Shown: positions 13,795 to 27,034, numbered from the stretch's first letter. The stretch is DNA of 62,370 nucleotides from Chiloscyllium plagiosum (GCF_004010195.1 NC_057719.1:15686257-15748626), one strand, 5' to 3'. Notes: generated by a model from the sequence alone, not told the origin. Made by a program: numbers and translations.

Positions 13795-14612
13795 CACATT
13801 CATAAGTCTGATAACAGCAGAGAAGAAGCTGTTCTTGAATCTGTTGGTACGCGTTTTCAAAGTTTTGTTATCTTCTGTCCAATGGAAGAGGGTGGAAGAG
13901 AAAATAGCCGGAGTGGGAGGTGTGGTTGATAATATTGGCTGCTTTCGCGAGGCAGTGGGAAATGTACGTGGAGTCAGTGGATGGAAGGCTGGTTTTTGTG
14001 ATGGACTGGGCTGCATTCATGACTCTGCGATTTCTTGCCATCTTGGGCAGAGCGGTTGCCATACAAAGCTGTGATATATCTAGTTAGGACACTTTCTATG
14101 GTGCATCTCTAAAAATTGTAAGAGTCATTTGGACATGTCAAATTTCCCTAGCCTTCTGAGGAAGTAGAGGTGTTGATGGGCTTTCCTGACTGTCGCATTG
14201 ACATGGATGGACCAGGACAGATTGTTGGTGATATTTACTCCCAGCTCTCAACCACCTCAACCATTGATACAGACAGGAGTGCTGTCTTTGATCAACTCCT
14301 TCGGTTTGCTGAGTTGAAGGAGAGATCGTTGTCTTTACACCGTGCCACTAAGCTCTCTAAATCTTTCCTGTACTCTGTCTCATCATCGTTTGAGATCCAA
14401 CCCACTACTGTGGTGTCATCAGCAAACTTCTAAATGGAGTTACATCTGAATTTGGCCACTCGGTTGTGTGCATAAGGAGTATAGTAAGGGGCTGAGTACA
14501 CAGACTTGCAGGACAACTGGTGTTGAGGATTATCCTGGGGGGCAGGGGGGGTGGTTGCCTATCCTTACTGATAGCAATCTGTGGGTCAGGAAGTCGCGGA
14601 TCCAGTTGTAAA
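13795..14612 (-). mobile_element. Rex1/Babar-like LINE RT C-terminal fragment
   Basis: Peptides LYNWIRDFLTHRLLSVRIG, KFADDTTVVG (reverse complement of 14400-14430) and KTRTNRFKNSFFSAVIRLMN are typical of this clade. Confidence 0.7.
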
Positions 14613-14732
14613 GGGGAGGCAGAGTTTGAAAATGATCTTTGTTGGAATTACAGTTAGTAAGTTTGTGGATGGCACCAAAATTGGTGGTATAGTGGACAGT
14701 GAAGAAGGTTGTCAAAGAATACAAAGGGATCT

Positions 14733-14930
14733 GAGCTGCCAGAGGAAGTGGTGGAGGCTGGGACAATTGCAACATTTAAAAGGCATCTGGAGGGTATTTG
14801 AATAGGAAGGGTTTAGAGGGATATGGGCTGGGTGCTGGCAAATGGGACTAGATTAGGTTGGAATATCTGATCGGCATGGACAAGTTGGACCGAAGGGTCT
14901 GTTTCCATGCTACACATCTCTATGACTCTA
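14733..14930 (+). mobile_element. CR1/HER1 5'-truncated 3' end inserted in the host CR1
   Basis: gagctgccagaggaagtgg ... catctctatgactcta tail; the host RT resumes immediately afterwards. Confidence 0.85.
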
Positions 14931-15934
14931 ATTGGGTCAATGGGCTGAGGAATGGCAAATGGAGTTTAATTTGGAGAAATGCAAAGTATCACATTTTGGT
15001 AAAATAAACAAGGGCAAGACTTATACAATTAATGGTACAGGCCTGGATCATGTTGTAGAACAGAGAGACCTAGGGGTTCAGGTACATAATTCTTTGAAAT
15101 TTGCATCACACGTAGACAGGATGGTTAAGAAGGCACTGAGCACGCTTGCTTTCATTGCTCAGACCTTTGAGTGTAGGAGTTGGGATGTCATGTTGAGGTT
15201 GTACAGGATGTTGGTGGAGTATTGTGTGCAATTCTGGTCACCCTGCTATTGGATGGATGTTATTAAATTGGAGAGGGATCAAAAAAGATTTACCAGGGTG
15301 CTGCCAGGAGTGGACAGCTTGATTTATAAGGATGATATTAACTGAGAGTAAAATAAGTGTATGTTTACCTTATTCCATGTTATGGCCTCCGTCAGTTTTC
15401 CCACAATTGACTGAGTTTGAGTTTGTTAATCTAAAGGATGCGACTGCCTTCTCCAATGTAGGATCCAGTAACTCTCTCCCTACTTGATGTGTCACAATGT
15501 TTGAAGCTCAGATTTCAGCTGATCAATTCCAAGATGGAAATCCTCAAGCAATAAACACTTGCCACAAGTGTGATCACTATGAGGTCCACCAGCCCCCACA
15601 TCATGAAGGTACAACATATCGCCTGACCCTGCATCTGTATTTTATTTATTTACCTATTTATTTTGTAAAAGTTTCCTACTGACCTGTTTGTAACCTGTAA
15701 ATATTTCCCCTATTAACCTTCAATCTGAAAGTATCCTTTCATAGACATTCAAAAGAGTAGTTATCACCTATTTGTACTGGACACCAATTCTGGGCTTCAA
15801 TTTATCTTGTAAAAAGACCACAAACGATGAGTCAAAAAGCAAGCAGAAAGCTCCTCTTCTCTGCACCAAATTCCCACACTGCTTCCAAATTCCCCAAACA
15901 ATATACTCACTCAGGTTGTGTGTCATTCTGGATG

Positions 15935-16222
15935 TGATCTCATGTTTGATTCCACCCTTGGGTAACTGTGTGGCTTTTCTACATTCTCCCTATGTCCGCT
16001 TGAGTTTCCACCAGGTGCTCTATTTTCTTCTCACAGTCCAAAGAAAGATGTGCAGGTTAAGTGGGTTGGCCATGCCAAATTGCCCATAGTGACCAGGGAT
16101 GTGCAGGCTAGGTGGATTAGCCATGGGAAATGCAGAGTTACGAGGATAGAGTGGAGGTTGGGTCTGGGTGGGATATTCTTCAGAGATACTCTGCAGAATC
16201 AATGGGTCAAGTGGCCTCTTTC
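15935..16222 (+). mobile_element. HE1-type SINE (degenerate)
   Basis: Body similar to 55524-55836. Confidence 0.75.
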
Positions 16223-16459
16223 TGCATTGGGTTTCTATGATCTTGTAAATTTCAATAAGATTACCTCTCATTCTTCTAGACTCCAACAGCAATAGGCCCA
16301 GTCTGTTCAACCTTTCTTCAAAAGATAAGCCTATCATCCCAGTCATAAGAGAACCTTCTCTCGGTTCTAATGTGATTGCATCTTTTTCAAATAAAGACCA
16401 AAACTGTCCACCATATTGTCTTACCAATCCCCTGAACAGGTGCAAAAATTCTATAGTGG

Positions 16460-19380
16460 TTTCATAGAACGTTGGACAATACAATGCAGAACAGGCCCTT
16501 CGGCCCTCGATGTTGCGCCAACCTGTGAACTAATCGAAGCTCATACTCCTACACTATTCCATCATCATGCATTTGCTTATCCGAGGACTGTTTAAATGCC
16601 CCTAAGGTGGCTGAGTTAACTACATTGGCAGGCAGGGCATTCCACACCCTTACCACTCTGGGAGTAAAGGACCAGTCTCTGACATCTGTCTTAAATCTAT
16701 CACCACTCAATTTGCAGCTATGCCTCCTCATACAAGCTGACGTCATCATCCTAGGAAAAAGACTTTCACTGTCTACCCTATCTAATCCTCTGATCATCTT
16801 GTATGTCTCTATCAAATCCCCTCTTAGCCTTCTTCTCCCCAATGAGAACAGACCCAAGTCTCTTAGCCTTTCCTCATAAGACCTTCCCTCCAGACCAGAC
16901 AACATCCTGGTAAACCTCCCCTGCACCTTTTCCAATGCTTCCACATCCTTCCTGTAATGGGGCAACCAGAACTGTACACAATATTCTAAGTACGACCACA
17001 CTAGCGTTTTGCATAGTTGCAGTATGATATTGCAGCTCTGGAACTCAATCCCTCTACCAATAAAACCTAACATACCGAATGCCTTCTTAATAGCACTATC
17101 AACCTGGGTGGCAACTTTCAGGGATCTATGTACATGGACTCCAAGATCCCTCTGCACATCCACACTACCAACAATCTTTCCATTGACCCAGTACTCTACC
17201 TTCCTGTTATTCTTCCCAAAGTGCATCGCCTCACATCCTCATTGAATTCCATTTACCACCTCTCTGCCCGGTTCTGCAGTTTATCAAAGTCCCCCTGCAA
17301 TCTGCAACATTCTTCCACATTGTCCACTACTCCACCAACTTTAGTATCATCTGCAAACTTACTAACCCATCCACCCATGCCTGCGTCCAAGTTATTTATA
17401 AAAATGACAAATAGCAGTGGTCCTAAAACAGATCCTTGTGGCTCATCACTGTTAACTCGACTCCAGGCTGAAAATTTTCCATCAACCACCTTCTTACAGA
17501 AAGCCAGTTTCTAATCCAAACTGCTAAATCACCCTCAATCCCATGCCTCTGCATTTTCTCCAAAAGCCTACCATGTGGAACCTTATTAAAGGCTTTACTG
17601 AAGTCCATGTATACCACATCAACTGCCCTACCCTCTTCTACATGCTTGATCACCTTCTCAAACAACTCAATGAGGTTTGTGAGACATGACCTGCCCTTGA
17701 CAAATCCATGTTGACTATCTCCGATCAAATTGTCGCTTGCAAAATGATTATAAATCCTATCTCTGAGAATCCTACCCAAACCTTTCCTACAACAGAAGTA
17801 AGGCTCACTGGTCTATAATTACCTGGGTCATCTCTACTGCCCTTCTTGAACAAGGGCACAACATTTGCAATAACTTGCACAAATATTTACATACTAAACT
17901 TGTAGACAATGACGACGCAAAGATCAAGGCCAAAGGGTCTGCCATCTCCTCCCTAGCTTCCCAGGGAATTCTTGGAAAACTCCGATCCAGCCCAGGGGAC
18001 TTATCTACTTTCACACCTTCTAGAATTGATAACACGTCCTCCTTACTAACCTCAATGCTTTCTAGTATAAGCCCATATCTCAGTCTTCTCCTCTGCAATA
18101 TTCTCCTTATCCTGAGTGAAAACAGATGAGGCATATTCATTTAGCACCTCTTTGATCACCACAGGGTCCACACACAACATCCCATTTCTGTCTTTGATTG
18201 GCCCTATTCCTACCCTAGTCATCCTTTTATTCCTCATATATCTATAGAAAGCTTTAGGGTTATCCTTTATTCTACCTGCTGAAGACTGTTCATGTACCCC
18301 GCCCTTGTCCTTCTTAACGCTTTCTTTATATCCTTCCAAGCTAATCTGTAACTCTCCATCGTCTCATCCCAACCATCTCATCTTAATGTCACATAAGTCT
18401 CCCTCTTCCCCTTAACAAGAGATACAATTTCTTTGGCAAATCATGGTTTCCTTACCTTATCACTTCCTCCCTGCCTGACGGACATACCTAGCAAGGGCAC
18501 GCAATATCTGTTCCTTAAACCAGCTCCACATTTCGATTGTCCCCATCCCCTGCGTTTTACTACCCCATTCTATGCCTCCTAAGTCTTACCTAATTGCATT
18601 GTAACTGCCCTTCTCCCATCTATAACTTCTGCCCTGTGACATGTACCTATCCCTTTCCATCGCTAAATGTAACCGAACTATGGTCACTCTCTCCAAAGCT
18701 CACCTACCACTAAATCAAATACCTGACCTGGTTCATAACCAAGTACCAGATCCAGTATGGCCTCCCCTCTTTGTCAGCCCTTCGATATACTGTGTCAGGA
18801 AACCCTCCTGCACATATTGGACAAAAATTGATCCATCGACATACTAGAGTTACAGCATTTCCAGTCAATATTGGGGAAGTTAAAGACGCCCATATTGACC
18901 ACCCTGTTCCTTTCACTCCTACCCAGAATCATTTTGCCAATCCTCTCCTCCACAACTCTGGAACTTTGCAGAGGCCTATAAAAAACTCCCAGCATTGTGA
19001 CTTCTCCTCTCCTGTTTCTGACCACAGCCCATACCACCTCAGTAGACAAGTCCTCATCAAAGGTTCTTTCAGCCATCGGAATACTGTCTTTGACTAACAA
19101 AGTCACTCCTCCCCCTCTTTTACCACCTTCGCTGATCTTAATGAAAGGTCTGAACCCTGGAACCTGCAACATCCATTCCTGACCCTGCTCTATCTATGTC
19201 TTCGAAGTGGCCACAACATCGAAGTCCCAGGTACCTATCCATGCTGCAAGCTCATTTAAAGTTATTCCGGATACTCTTGGCGTTAAAGTAGACACACTTC
19301 AAACCTGTCTGCCAGCACATTCCATGTCTTCACTACTCTCATCTTCCTGTGTACTGGAACTACATCATAGGTTCCCAACC
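16460..19380 (-). mobile_element. Relatively young CR1 LINE with near-complete ORF2 (APE endonuclease plus RT), frameshifted
   Basis: Serial - strand ORFs: KRGGGVTLLVKD/GVFYRP (APE), DKSPGLD, QHGFVKGRSCLTNL, DFSKAFNKVPH, PQGSVLGPLLF..FINNL, KFADDTKVGG, and a 225-aa C-terminal ORF. Possible 7-bp flanking repeat CTATAGT at 16451 and 19381. Confidence 0.92.
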
Positions 19381-19579
19381 CTATAGTCTATACCTAATTC
19401 AGTTGTAATTCAACTTTCCCTGACTTTGTCATTTGGTTTAGTTCTCTGAGGAGTTGCATATATAAAGGTTTGTTTTCTAAGGTGTCAGTGCTGGATGGTT
19501 TGCATCCACTGTCAGTATTCCTTGCAACATCAACTGCCGTTCCCTTAATGCTTGTAGCTGGGTTAGGAATGCAAAGTTG

Positions 19580-20488
19580 GGGGATCCAAGATGGCGGCGA
19601 CCCAGTAAGACTGAGTCTATAGTGCTCCTCCCAAGACTTGGGCACAGTGGGTCACCTACCCCCTACCAAGCTCATCAAATCATTTATAAATCATTTATAA
19701 TAGTTTAGTAACTGAATTAGTGGTGTAATATTACATTTAAGCTACATTTAAGCAACTTTATCCTAAGTTAAAATGACTAAAGGGAAGGGAGCCCGCAGCT
19801 CTCAGCAAGCAGGAACCCCTCCCCCACACTCTCCAGCTGCAGCAGAGGCGTCCACAGCCGCCTCGGGGGACTTACCTACAGTAACAAACCTTGCAGAAAT
19901 GCTTTCCAAGCTTGACTCGAAGATCGATGCCTTTATCGTCGAATCCAGGAATCGTTGGGAGTCGCTCTCGGCCGCGCTGAAGAAGCACGACCGTGAAATT
20001 GAAGAAATTCAACGCCGAGTCGGAGGGGCGGAGCTAAAGGCCGCGACCTCGGAAACAACCGCTCAATCGGCCGTGGATCAGGTCCGGACTCTCGAGCAGC
20101 GAGTCCGGACCTTGGAAAATCATATTGACGACCTCGATAATCGAGGTCGTCGAAAAAATATTCGTTTGCTGGGTCTTCCCGAGCAGGAAGTGGAAGGCCA
20201 GCTTACAGCATTCCTGGAGCAGTGGCTGCCACAACTTTTAAATCTACAAGCTGGATCAGGCCAGGTAAGGGTGGAATGGGCCTACCAGGTCGCAATACCC
20301 AGGCCCGGCTCAAACCAGCGGCCTCGCCCGGTCCTGTTCCAGCTGCAGAGCTATAGGGAGAGTTTTTGTTGTCAAATTTTGGCTATTGTATATTTGAGCT
20401 AATTGTATATCAATGTTTATATCTGAGAGTTTTGTTTATTTTTGTAAACTTGTAAAAATGTTAAATTTCTAATAAAAATATCTATATA
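19580..20488 (+). mobile_element. Internally deleted L1-clade LINE (5'UTR + ORF1 N-terminal part + 3' end) with 15-bp TSD
   Basis: TSD AGGAATGCAAAGTTG at 19565-19579 and 20489-20503. Starts GGGGATCCAAGATGGCGG. ORF 19773-20402 has a coiled coil and the L1 ORF1p motif DDLDNRGRRKNIRLLGLPE. AATAAA at 20471. CpG-rich relative to its flanks. Confidence 0.9.
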
Positions 20489-21269
20489 AGGAATGCAAAG
20501 TTGATATTTTTAATCAATCTATCCAGATGTTTCACGATACACCTTTGATAGTGTGGGACTTAAACCAGGTTTTCCAGTTTAGAAGTATGGACACTACTAC
20601 TGCAGTACAACGACCCTACCAATTGCAAAACTCTAATAATGTAACACAGTGAAATTGATAATCATTTACCTTTAATGTAGTAAAATGCTCCCTTGTATTT
20701 TTCTGCAACTGTGTCTAATTATATGTTGTGAAATCATATTTTGTTGAAACTGGTCCAACTTTAATCATGTTGAATCTTTGCAGTTTCATGTTCAACAAAA
20801 GTCACAGATCATAAAGCACTCCCTACCCAATCCACAAATTCACATATTAACTTAAAATCTGACTTTGAATAGTCTCTGCTGTAAAGGAATTGTCTGGAAA
20901 AACAGAAAACATTGAGAATTGAAATCCCACAACATTATTTAACACTTTAGCATCAGCATAACTTTTAATAAATTGTGCTTATATCTTGCAAGAAGTTGTT
21001 TGTGATGATGTGAAACAGAGGTTAAGAAATGATTTGTATTCCGTGACCTAAGATTTTAGAGACAATGAATCACCTTTAGTTAACATAATATCTTACAATC
21101 AGCCATATAATAATTACATAGAATCAGTTATTTTGTGACCTTGATTGAGGATACATTTTAACCAGGAGATAATTGCTGTTTATTTCCCTTAGTATTACAG
21201 ATGCTTTTACATTCACCTGTGAGGCCAGCTAGGGCTGCTGTTTCATATTTCATATGAAAGGTGGCATCA

Positions 21270-21740
21270 CCTTTTTATTTATTCATGGGGTATGGCATTG
21301 CATGCTAGATCAGCATTTGTTGCCCCTTCCTAATTGCCCTGGAGCTTGGGATATAAGATCACCAACAGTGTTGTTAGCAAGAGAGTTCCAAGGCTTTGCT
21401 CCAACAACAGATGAGGAACAGTAATATAGATGCCAGTCAAGATGGTACATTGCATGGAGGGAAACCATGCAGCTGGTGATGTTTCCATGCGACTGCTGCC
21501 CAGTCCTTTGAGATGGAAGAGGTGATGTTGAAGAAGCTGTGGTGAGTTGCTGCAATGTATTTTGTAGATGTACGAACTGCTGCAACTGGTGATCATTGAT
21601 GAAGATGGTAAATGTTAAAGATGGTGAATGAGGTGTTTTGTCCTGAAATTTCCCAATTGCTGTTAGAGTTGAACCCATCTAGGCAAATTCCATCACACGC
21701 CTGACTTGGGTGTTGTAGATGGTGATCAGGATTTAACTAC
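21270..21740 (-). mobile_element. Old LINE fragment (CR1/L2-group; related pieces at ~25510-25995 and ~61830-62100)
   Basis: Degenerate C-terminal peptide (SSVVGAKPWNSLANNTVG); nucleotide similarity between 21620-21710 and 61985-62070. Confidence 0.5.
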
Positions 21741-22371
21741 CTTTGCTCCTTAATCTTTGATACCATTAATTAAGAAGTATTTATTGGTCTCAGTCTTGGA
21801 GATTTCAATTGGTCCAACAACCACAAGAAGAGAAAATTGAGGTTTCCATGGCCCTTTGTTAAGTAAACAGTTTCTGATTTCACTGTTGATTTATATAACT
21901 TGTAATTTAAGACTACAACTTCAAAGGTTTCTTTTACAGCATTGACATTGCATCCATGTCCAGCTCAGGCATATTTTCAGCTCTTCACTTTTCAATTGAC
22001 CTTACTCGCAGCTTCGGTGAGTAATTTGTCATAATTCAGTGCCAGCACTGCCCCTCCAAACAGCAGAAATTATATCCTGCTGCAATACAAACTCTGAGAG
22101 TGTTCCTGCCTTTTAACCAGGAGCTCAGGGTTGAGTCCCCCATTTCAGGCCTTGTTCATGACATGACCAAATGGCCTTCAAATCCTTCCAACATGCCTAT
22201 GGCAGGTAATAGGAGTTGGGCACATACTCTGAGCAATCATGCATTCCTCAAGCTATTACCTCTGGATCCTGGCTAGTGACCTGGTCTATGGAGAACCAAC
22301 GATAGTAAGCTGACATAATCATATGTATTATCTGCCTGTGTATCTCTGTAATGGGGCATCTAAGAATTTTT

Positions 22372-22697
22372 TCATAGAATCCCTACAGTGTGGAAACAGG
22401 CCATTTGGCCCAATAAATCCACACTGACCCACCAAAGAGTATGCAACGCTGACCTATTCTCCTTCCCTATTACTCTACATTTCCCCTGACTAACGCATCC
22501 ATGAGCACTACTAGCAATTTAGCACGGGCAATTCACCTAACCAGCATATCGTTGGACTGTGTGAGGAAACTGGAGCACTCAGAGGAAACCCATGCAGACA
22601 CGGGGAGAATGTGCAAACTCCACACAGACAGTTGCCCGAGGCTGGAATCAAAGCCTGGTGATGTGAGGTGCAGTGCTAACCACTGGCCCACCTGTGC
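22372..22697 (-). mobile_element. HE1-type SINE
   Basis: Shared core ggaaacccatgcagacacggggagaatgtgcaaactccacacagac and the family tail. Confidence 0.85.
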
Positions 22698-22849
22698 CAT
22701 ACCAGGTTTATGTTCTGAATTGCCCCACCATTGGTAGCCATGTCTTCAGATGCCCATGGTCTGGAATTCTGTCCTTAAATACCTTGCTTTACTTATGTAA
22801 AACATTCTAAAAATCTTCTGATCAAGTATTTTGTCATCTGCTTCTAATA

Positions 22850-24388
22850 ATGTCCACATTGGAACCAACGACATAGGAAGGGAAAAGGTAGAGATTCTGA
22901 AGGGAAATTACAGAGAATTAGGCAGGAATTCAAAAAGGAGGTCCTTGAGAGTAGTAATATCTGGATTACTCCCGATGCTACGAGCTAGTGAGGGCAGGAA
23001 TAGGAGGATAGAGCAGATGAATGCATGGCTGAGGAGCTGGTGTATGGGAGAAGGTTTCACATTTTTGGATCATTAGAATCTCTTTTGGGGTAGAAGTGAC
23101 CTGTACAAGAAGGACGGATTGCACCTAAATTGGAAGGGGACTAATATACTGGCAGGGAGATTTGCTAGAGCTGCTTGGGAGGATTTAAACTAGTAAGATG
23201 GGGGAGGTGGGGGAACTGTTGGTGGTGATGTGTGGGACCCAGGAAGTGAGGAAAGAGATCAATCTGAGACTGGTACAGTTGAGAACAGAAACAAGTCAAA
23301 TAGTCAGGGCAGGCAGGGACAAGGTAGGACTAATAAATTAAACTGTATTTATTTCAAAGCAAGGGGCCTAACAGGGAAGGCAGATGAACTCAGGGCATGG
23401 TTAGGAACATGGGACTGGGATATCATAGCAATTACAGAAACATGGCTTAGGGATGGGCAGGGCTGGCAGTTTAATGTTCCAGGATACAAATGCTACAGGA
23501 AGGATAGAAAGGGAGGCAAGAGAGGAGGGGGAGTGGCGTTTTTGATAATGGATTGCATTACAGCTGTACTGAAGGAGGATATTCCCAGAAATACTTCCAG
23601 GGAAGATAAATGTGAGACGCAGCAGTTTGGAAAGTTGAATTTGGGCAGACATATACACTTAGTGGTAAGGTCTTGGGGAGCATTGATGAACAAAGAGATC
23701 TTGGAGTACAAGTATATAGTTCCTTGAAAATTGAGTTGCAGGTAGATAGGATAGTGAAGAATGTGTTTGATATGCTTTCCTTTATTGCTCAATGCATTTA
23801 GTAGAGGGGTTGGGAGGTCATGTTGAGGCTGTACAGGATATTGGTTCGGCCAATTTTCCAATACCTGTGTGCAATTCTGGTCTTCCTGGTATAGGAAGGA
23901 TGTTGTGAAACTTGAAAGAGTTCAGAAAAGATTACAAGGATGTTGTGAGGGCTGGAGGGTTTGATCTGTAGGATACACTGAATTGGCTGGGGTTATTTTT
24001 CCTGGAGCTCAGAGGCTGAGGGGTGACCTTATAGAGGTTTCTAAAATCATGAGGGACATGCATAGGATAAATAGACAAGGTCTTTTCCCTGGGGTGGGAG
24101 AGTCCAAAACTAGCGGGCATAGGTCAAGGTGAGAGGGAAAAGATTCAAAAGAGACCTAAGGTGCAACTTTTTCACGCAGAGAGTGGTGCATATATAGACT
24201 GAACTGCCAGAGGAAGTGGTGGAGGCTGGTATAATTACAACATTTAAAAGGCATCTGGTTTGGTATATGAATAGGAAGGGTTTACAGGGATATGGGCCAA
24301 ATGCTGGCAAATGGAACTAGATTAATTACGGATATCTGGTTGGCATGGAAGAATCTGTTTCCATGCTATACATCTCTTTGACTCTATG
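22850..24388 (+). mobile_element. CR1/HER1 LINE with a large internal deletion
   Basis: ORF1 SGNH-esterase piece (VHIGTNDIGR...VVISGLLP), ORF2 start (WDIIAITETWL...YRKDRKGGKRGGGVA), a jump at ~23606 to the RT C-terminus, and tail ctctttgactctatg. Confidence 0.88.
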
Positions 24389-25162
24389 TCATGACACTGA
24401 CTTGCCATCAGGAATCTTTTAAAGTGGGACTCATCCATTTCTATCTTATATTGTTTCCTATTGGAAAAGGGTGTTTATTGATTAGGATCATTTGAAATAG
24501 TCTCAAAAGGTGGGTTCCTATTTTAACTACAAAACAGGTTAAATAATCTGCTTTTTGCAAAAGATGGAACATGAAAGATGGGAAAGCTAGTAACATCGAT
24601 GTTCAGAACAGAATTTAGTGTGAATCAACATCTAATGATGAAAAGGGGGAATTAATACAGTCCTGTAGCCCTGTCAAGTCTAACCATAATGATCAATTGT
24701 TGGCTATTTGTGTGTCATTGAGTCTTTCTGAATGGATGGGAAGTGAGCAGCGGCCTCTGCTGGTCAAGGAACAACATGTACTTATTGTGATTGGGGCTTG
24801 AAAGTGGCTGAAAAACCACAATCCAAGAAGACACAAAAAAAGCGTGCGGAGGATCTGAGGTAAATCAAACATTATGTGATGTCATAGGCTGCAAACCATT
24901 GGAGTTAAAAACATTGTGAATGTAGGAGTCAGAGGAAGACTGGGTTAAGGTGAGAAGTGGTTTTCACCATCTTGAGTACAACACAGTGATTAAAATAAGA
25001 AAGTGGAGCTTCTAAGGCATCATATGTTTCAGCACAGGTGAATCAGGAGCATATGAGCACTGACCACGTCTGTATCCAAAAGCAACTAGTAAACTCTTAG
25101 AGAGAAGCCATAATGAGAAACCCTGTATTTTCTCAAGAGTTAAGCTTACAGGGTAAGCTTAA

Positions 25163-25452
25163 GGTGCATGGTGGCTCAGTGGTTAGCACTGCAGCCTCAC
25201 AGCACCAAGGACTTGGGTTTGATTCCTGCCTTGGGTGACTGTGTGGAGTTTACACATTCTCCTCATGTCTGGGTGGATTTCCTTTCAGAGTTCAAAGATG
25301 TGCAGGCCAGTTGAATTGGCCATGCTAAATCACCCATAGCCTTAGCTGCATTGGGTAGGATAGGTGAATGGGTTTGGGTGAGTTGGTCTTCAGAGGGTTG
25401 GTGTGGACTTGTTGGGCTGAAGGGCCTGTTTCCATACTGTAGGGAATCTAAT
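25163..25452 (+). mobile_element. HE1-type SINE
   Basis: GGTGGCTCAGTGGTTAGCA A box, GGTTTGATTCC B box, family tail. Confidence 0.85.
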
Positions 25453-26334
25453 ATAAAATTTGACATAACAGAAAGTTACAATTTATCCAGCAGAAAAGGG
25501 TGAAATCCAGACTAGGCATCAATGAGTAGGTTATTGCTGAGCAGAACTTAATAGCGCTGTTTATGACACCTTCCATCTCTTTGCTGATGGGGTGGTAACT
25601 GACTGGGTTCGATTTGTCCTACTTTTTGTGTAATATTTGGGCAATTTTCCACATTGCTGGGTAGATACCAGTGTTGTAACTGTACTGGAAGAGCTTGGTT
25701 AGGGGAGAAGCAAGTACTATTGCCATTGTCAGGACCTGTAGCCTATGCACTATCCAACCATTTCTTGATATCACATGGAGTGAACTGAATTGCTGGGGAC
25801 CACTAGAGGAAGCAGCGATGGATCATCCATTCTGTTCTTCTGGCTAAAGATTGCTGGGAATCCTTAGATTTACCTTTTGCACTGATGTGTTTTGCACTAC
25901 CTTTTGCTCTTCCATTGTTAGAAAGAGGATATTTGTACAGTCTCCTCCTATAGTGAGTTGTTTAATTTTCCACTACCATTCATGACTGGATGAAGAATTC
26001 CCCATCTACCCTAAGTCCTTTTCCTTTGACATAACAGCCAACATTCCATTGGTCTTCTCTATTATCTGCTGAAATTGAATGCTTGCTTTGTGATTTAAAT
26101 CCTTGGTTTGTAGCTTTCTGCCATCTTTCACCATTTACACAAATATTCAGCTCCTCTATTCTTTTTGCCAAAGTTGAAACTCACATTTCCCTATATTATA
26201 GTCCAACCGCCAAGCTTTTGTCCACTTGCTTAACCTGTCTATGGCCTTTGGCAAACCAGTTACCTTCCCACCTATTATTGCATTGTCTGCAAACGTGGCT
26301 ACAGTATATTTAGATTCCTCATCCAACTCTCTAT

Positions 26335-26335
<1 letters not shown>

Positions 26336-26380
<45 letters not shown>
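26336..26380. repeat. Compound (TA)n(GA)n microsatellite
   Basis: Directly visible in the sequence. Confidence 0.95.
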
Positions 26381-26382
<2 letters not shown>

Positions 26383-26696
26383 TTATCCTGTATTATGTTA
26401 ATAATTGTGGCAATATTATTAATTACAGGTTGCCATCCTGAAAATGCAACTCCCACCTCTTATTCCAGTCCTTGATTGGTTTGACTATCCTCAACTCCAA
26501 CACTCTAGTGTCTTCCCTTAAGTAGCATAATGTATTGTTCCTTATCAAAACATCATCTTATAATCCAAATACATTTCATTGCTGCTTTCCTTTATCTTGC
26601 CTTTTACCTCTTCAAATGAATTTGACAAATGTGTGAAGCACAATTTTCCCTGCATGATGCCATGTTGACTCTGCTTGGTCATATTTCATTGAATTT

Positions 26697-27030
26697 TACA
26701 GTACAGAAGGAGACCAATTCATAAAAATAAAAACAGGCCCAACGAGAGCACACTGATCCTTTGAAGAGTAACTCACTTAGGCCTGTCCCCTATTCTCTCC
26801 CTGCAACACTGCAATTCCCATGGCCAATCCTCTTTATTACTCTGGACACTACAGGGTAATTTAGAACAGCCAATCCACCTCCACACCTTTTGGACTGTGT
26901 GGGGAAACTTATACAGACACGGGGAGAACATGCAAACTCCATACAGACAGTCACCCAAGGCTGGAATTGAACCTAGTTGTCTCTAATGTTGTGAGGTAGC
27001 AATGCTCACCACTGAGCCATTATGCTACCC
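26697..27030 (-). mobile_element. HE1-type SINE (degenerate)
   Basis: cagacacggggagaacatgcaaactcc core and ccactgagcca (reverse-complement A box). Confidence 0.8.
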
Positions 27031-27034
27031 CAGA

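Larger units (their letters stand above)
12690..15335 (+). mobile_element. Host CR1 ORF2 fragment interrupted by four nested insertions
   Basis: RT segments at ~12690-13307, ~14630-14732 (SKFVDGTKIGG) and ~14931-15335 (WAEEWQMEFNLEKCKV...) are colinear with CR1 ORF2. Confidence 0.8.

Noticed and set aside
16549..19172. Active or domesticated reverse transcriptase gene
   Set aside because: ORF2 is broken into at least six pieces by frameshifts and stops; this is an ordinary dead CR1 copy.
25163..25240. tRNA genes suggested by A/B boxes (also 6627-6560 and 55524-55590)
   Set aside because: These are SINE heads followed by the SINE body and LINE-like tail, and no cloverleaf can be formed.
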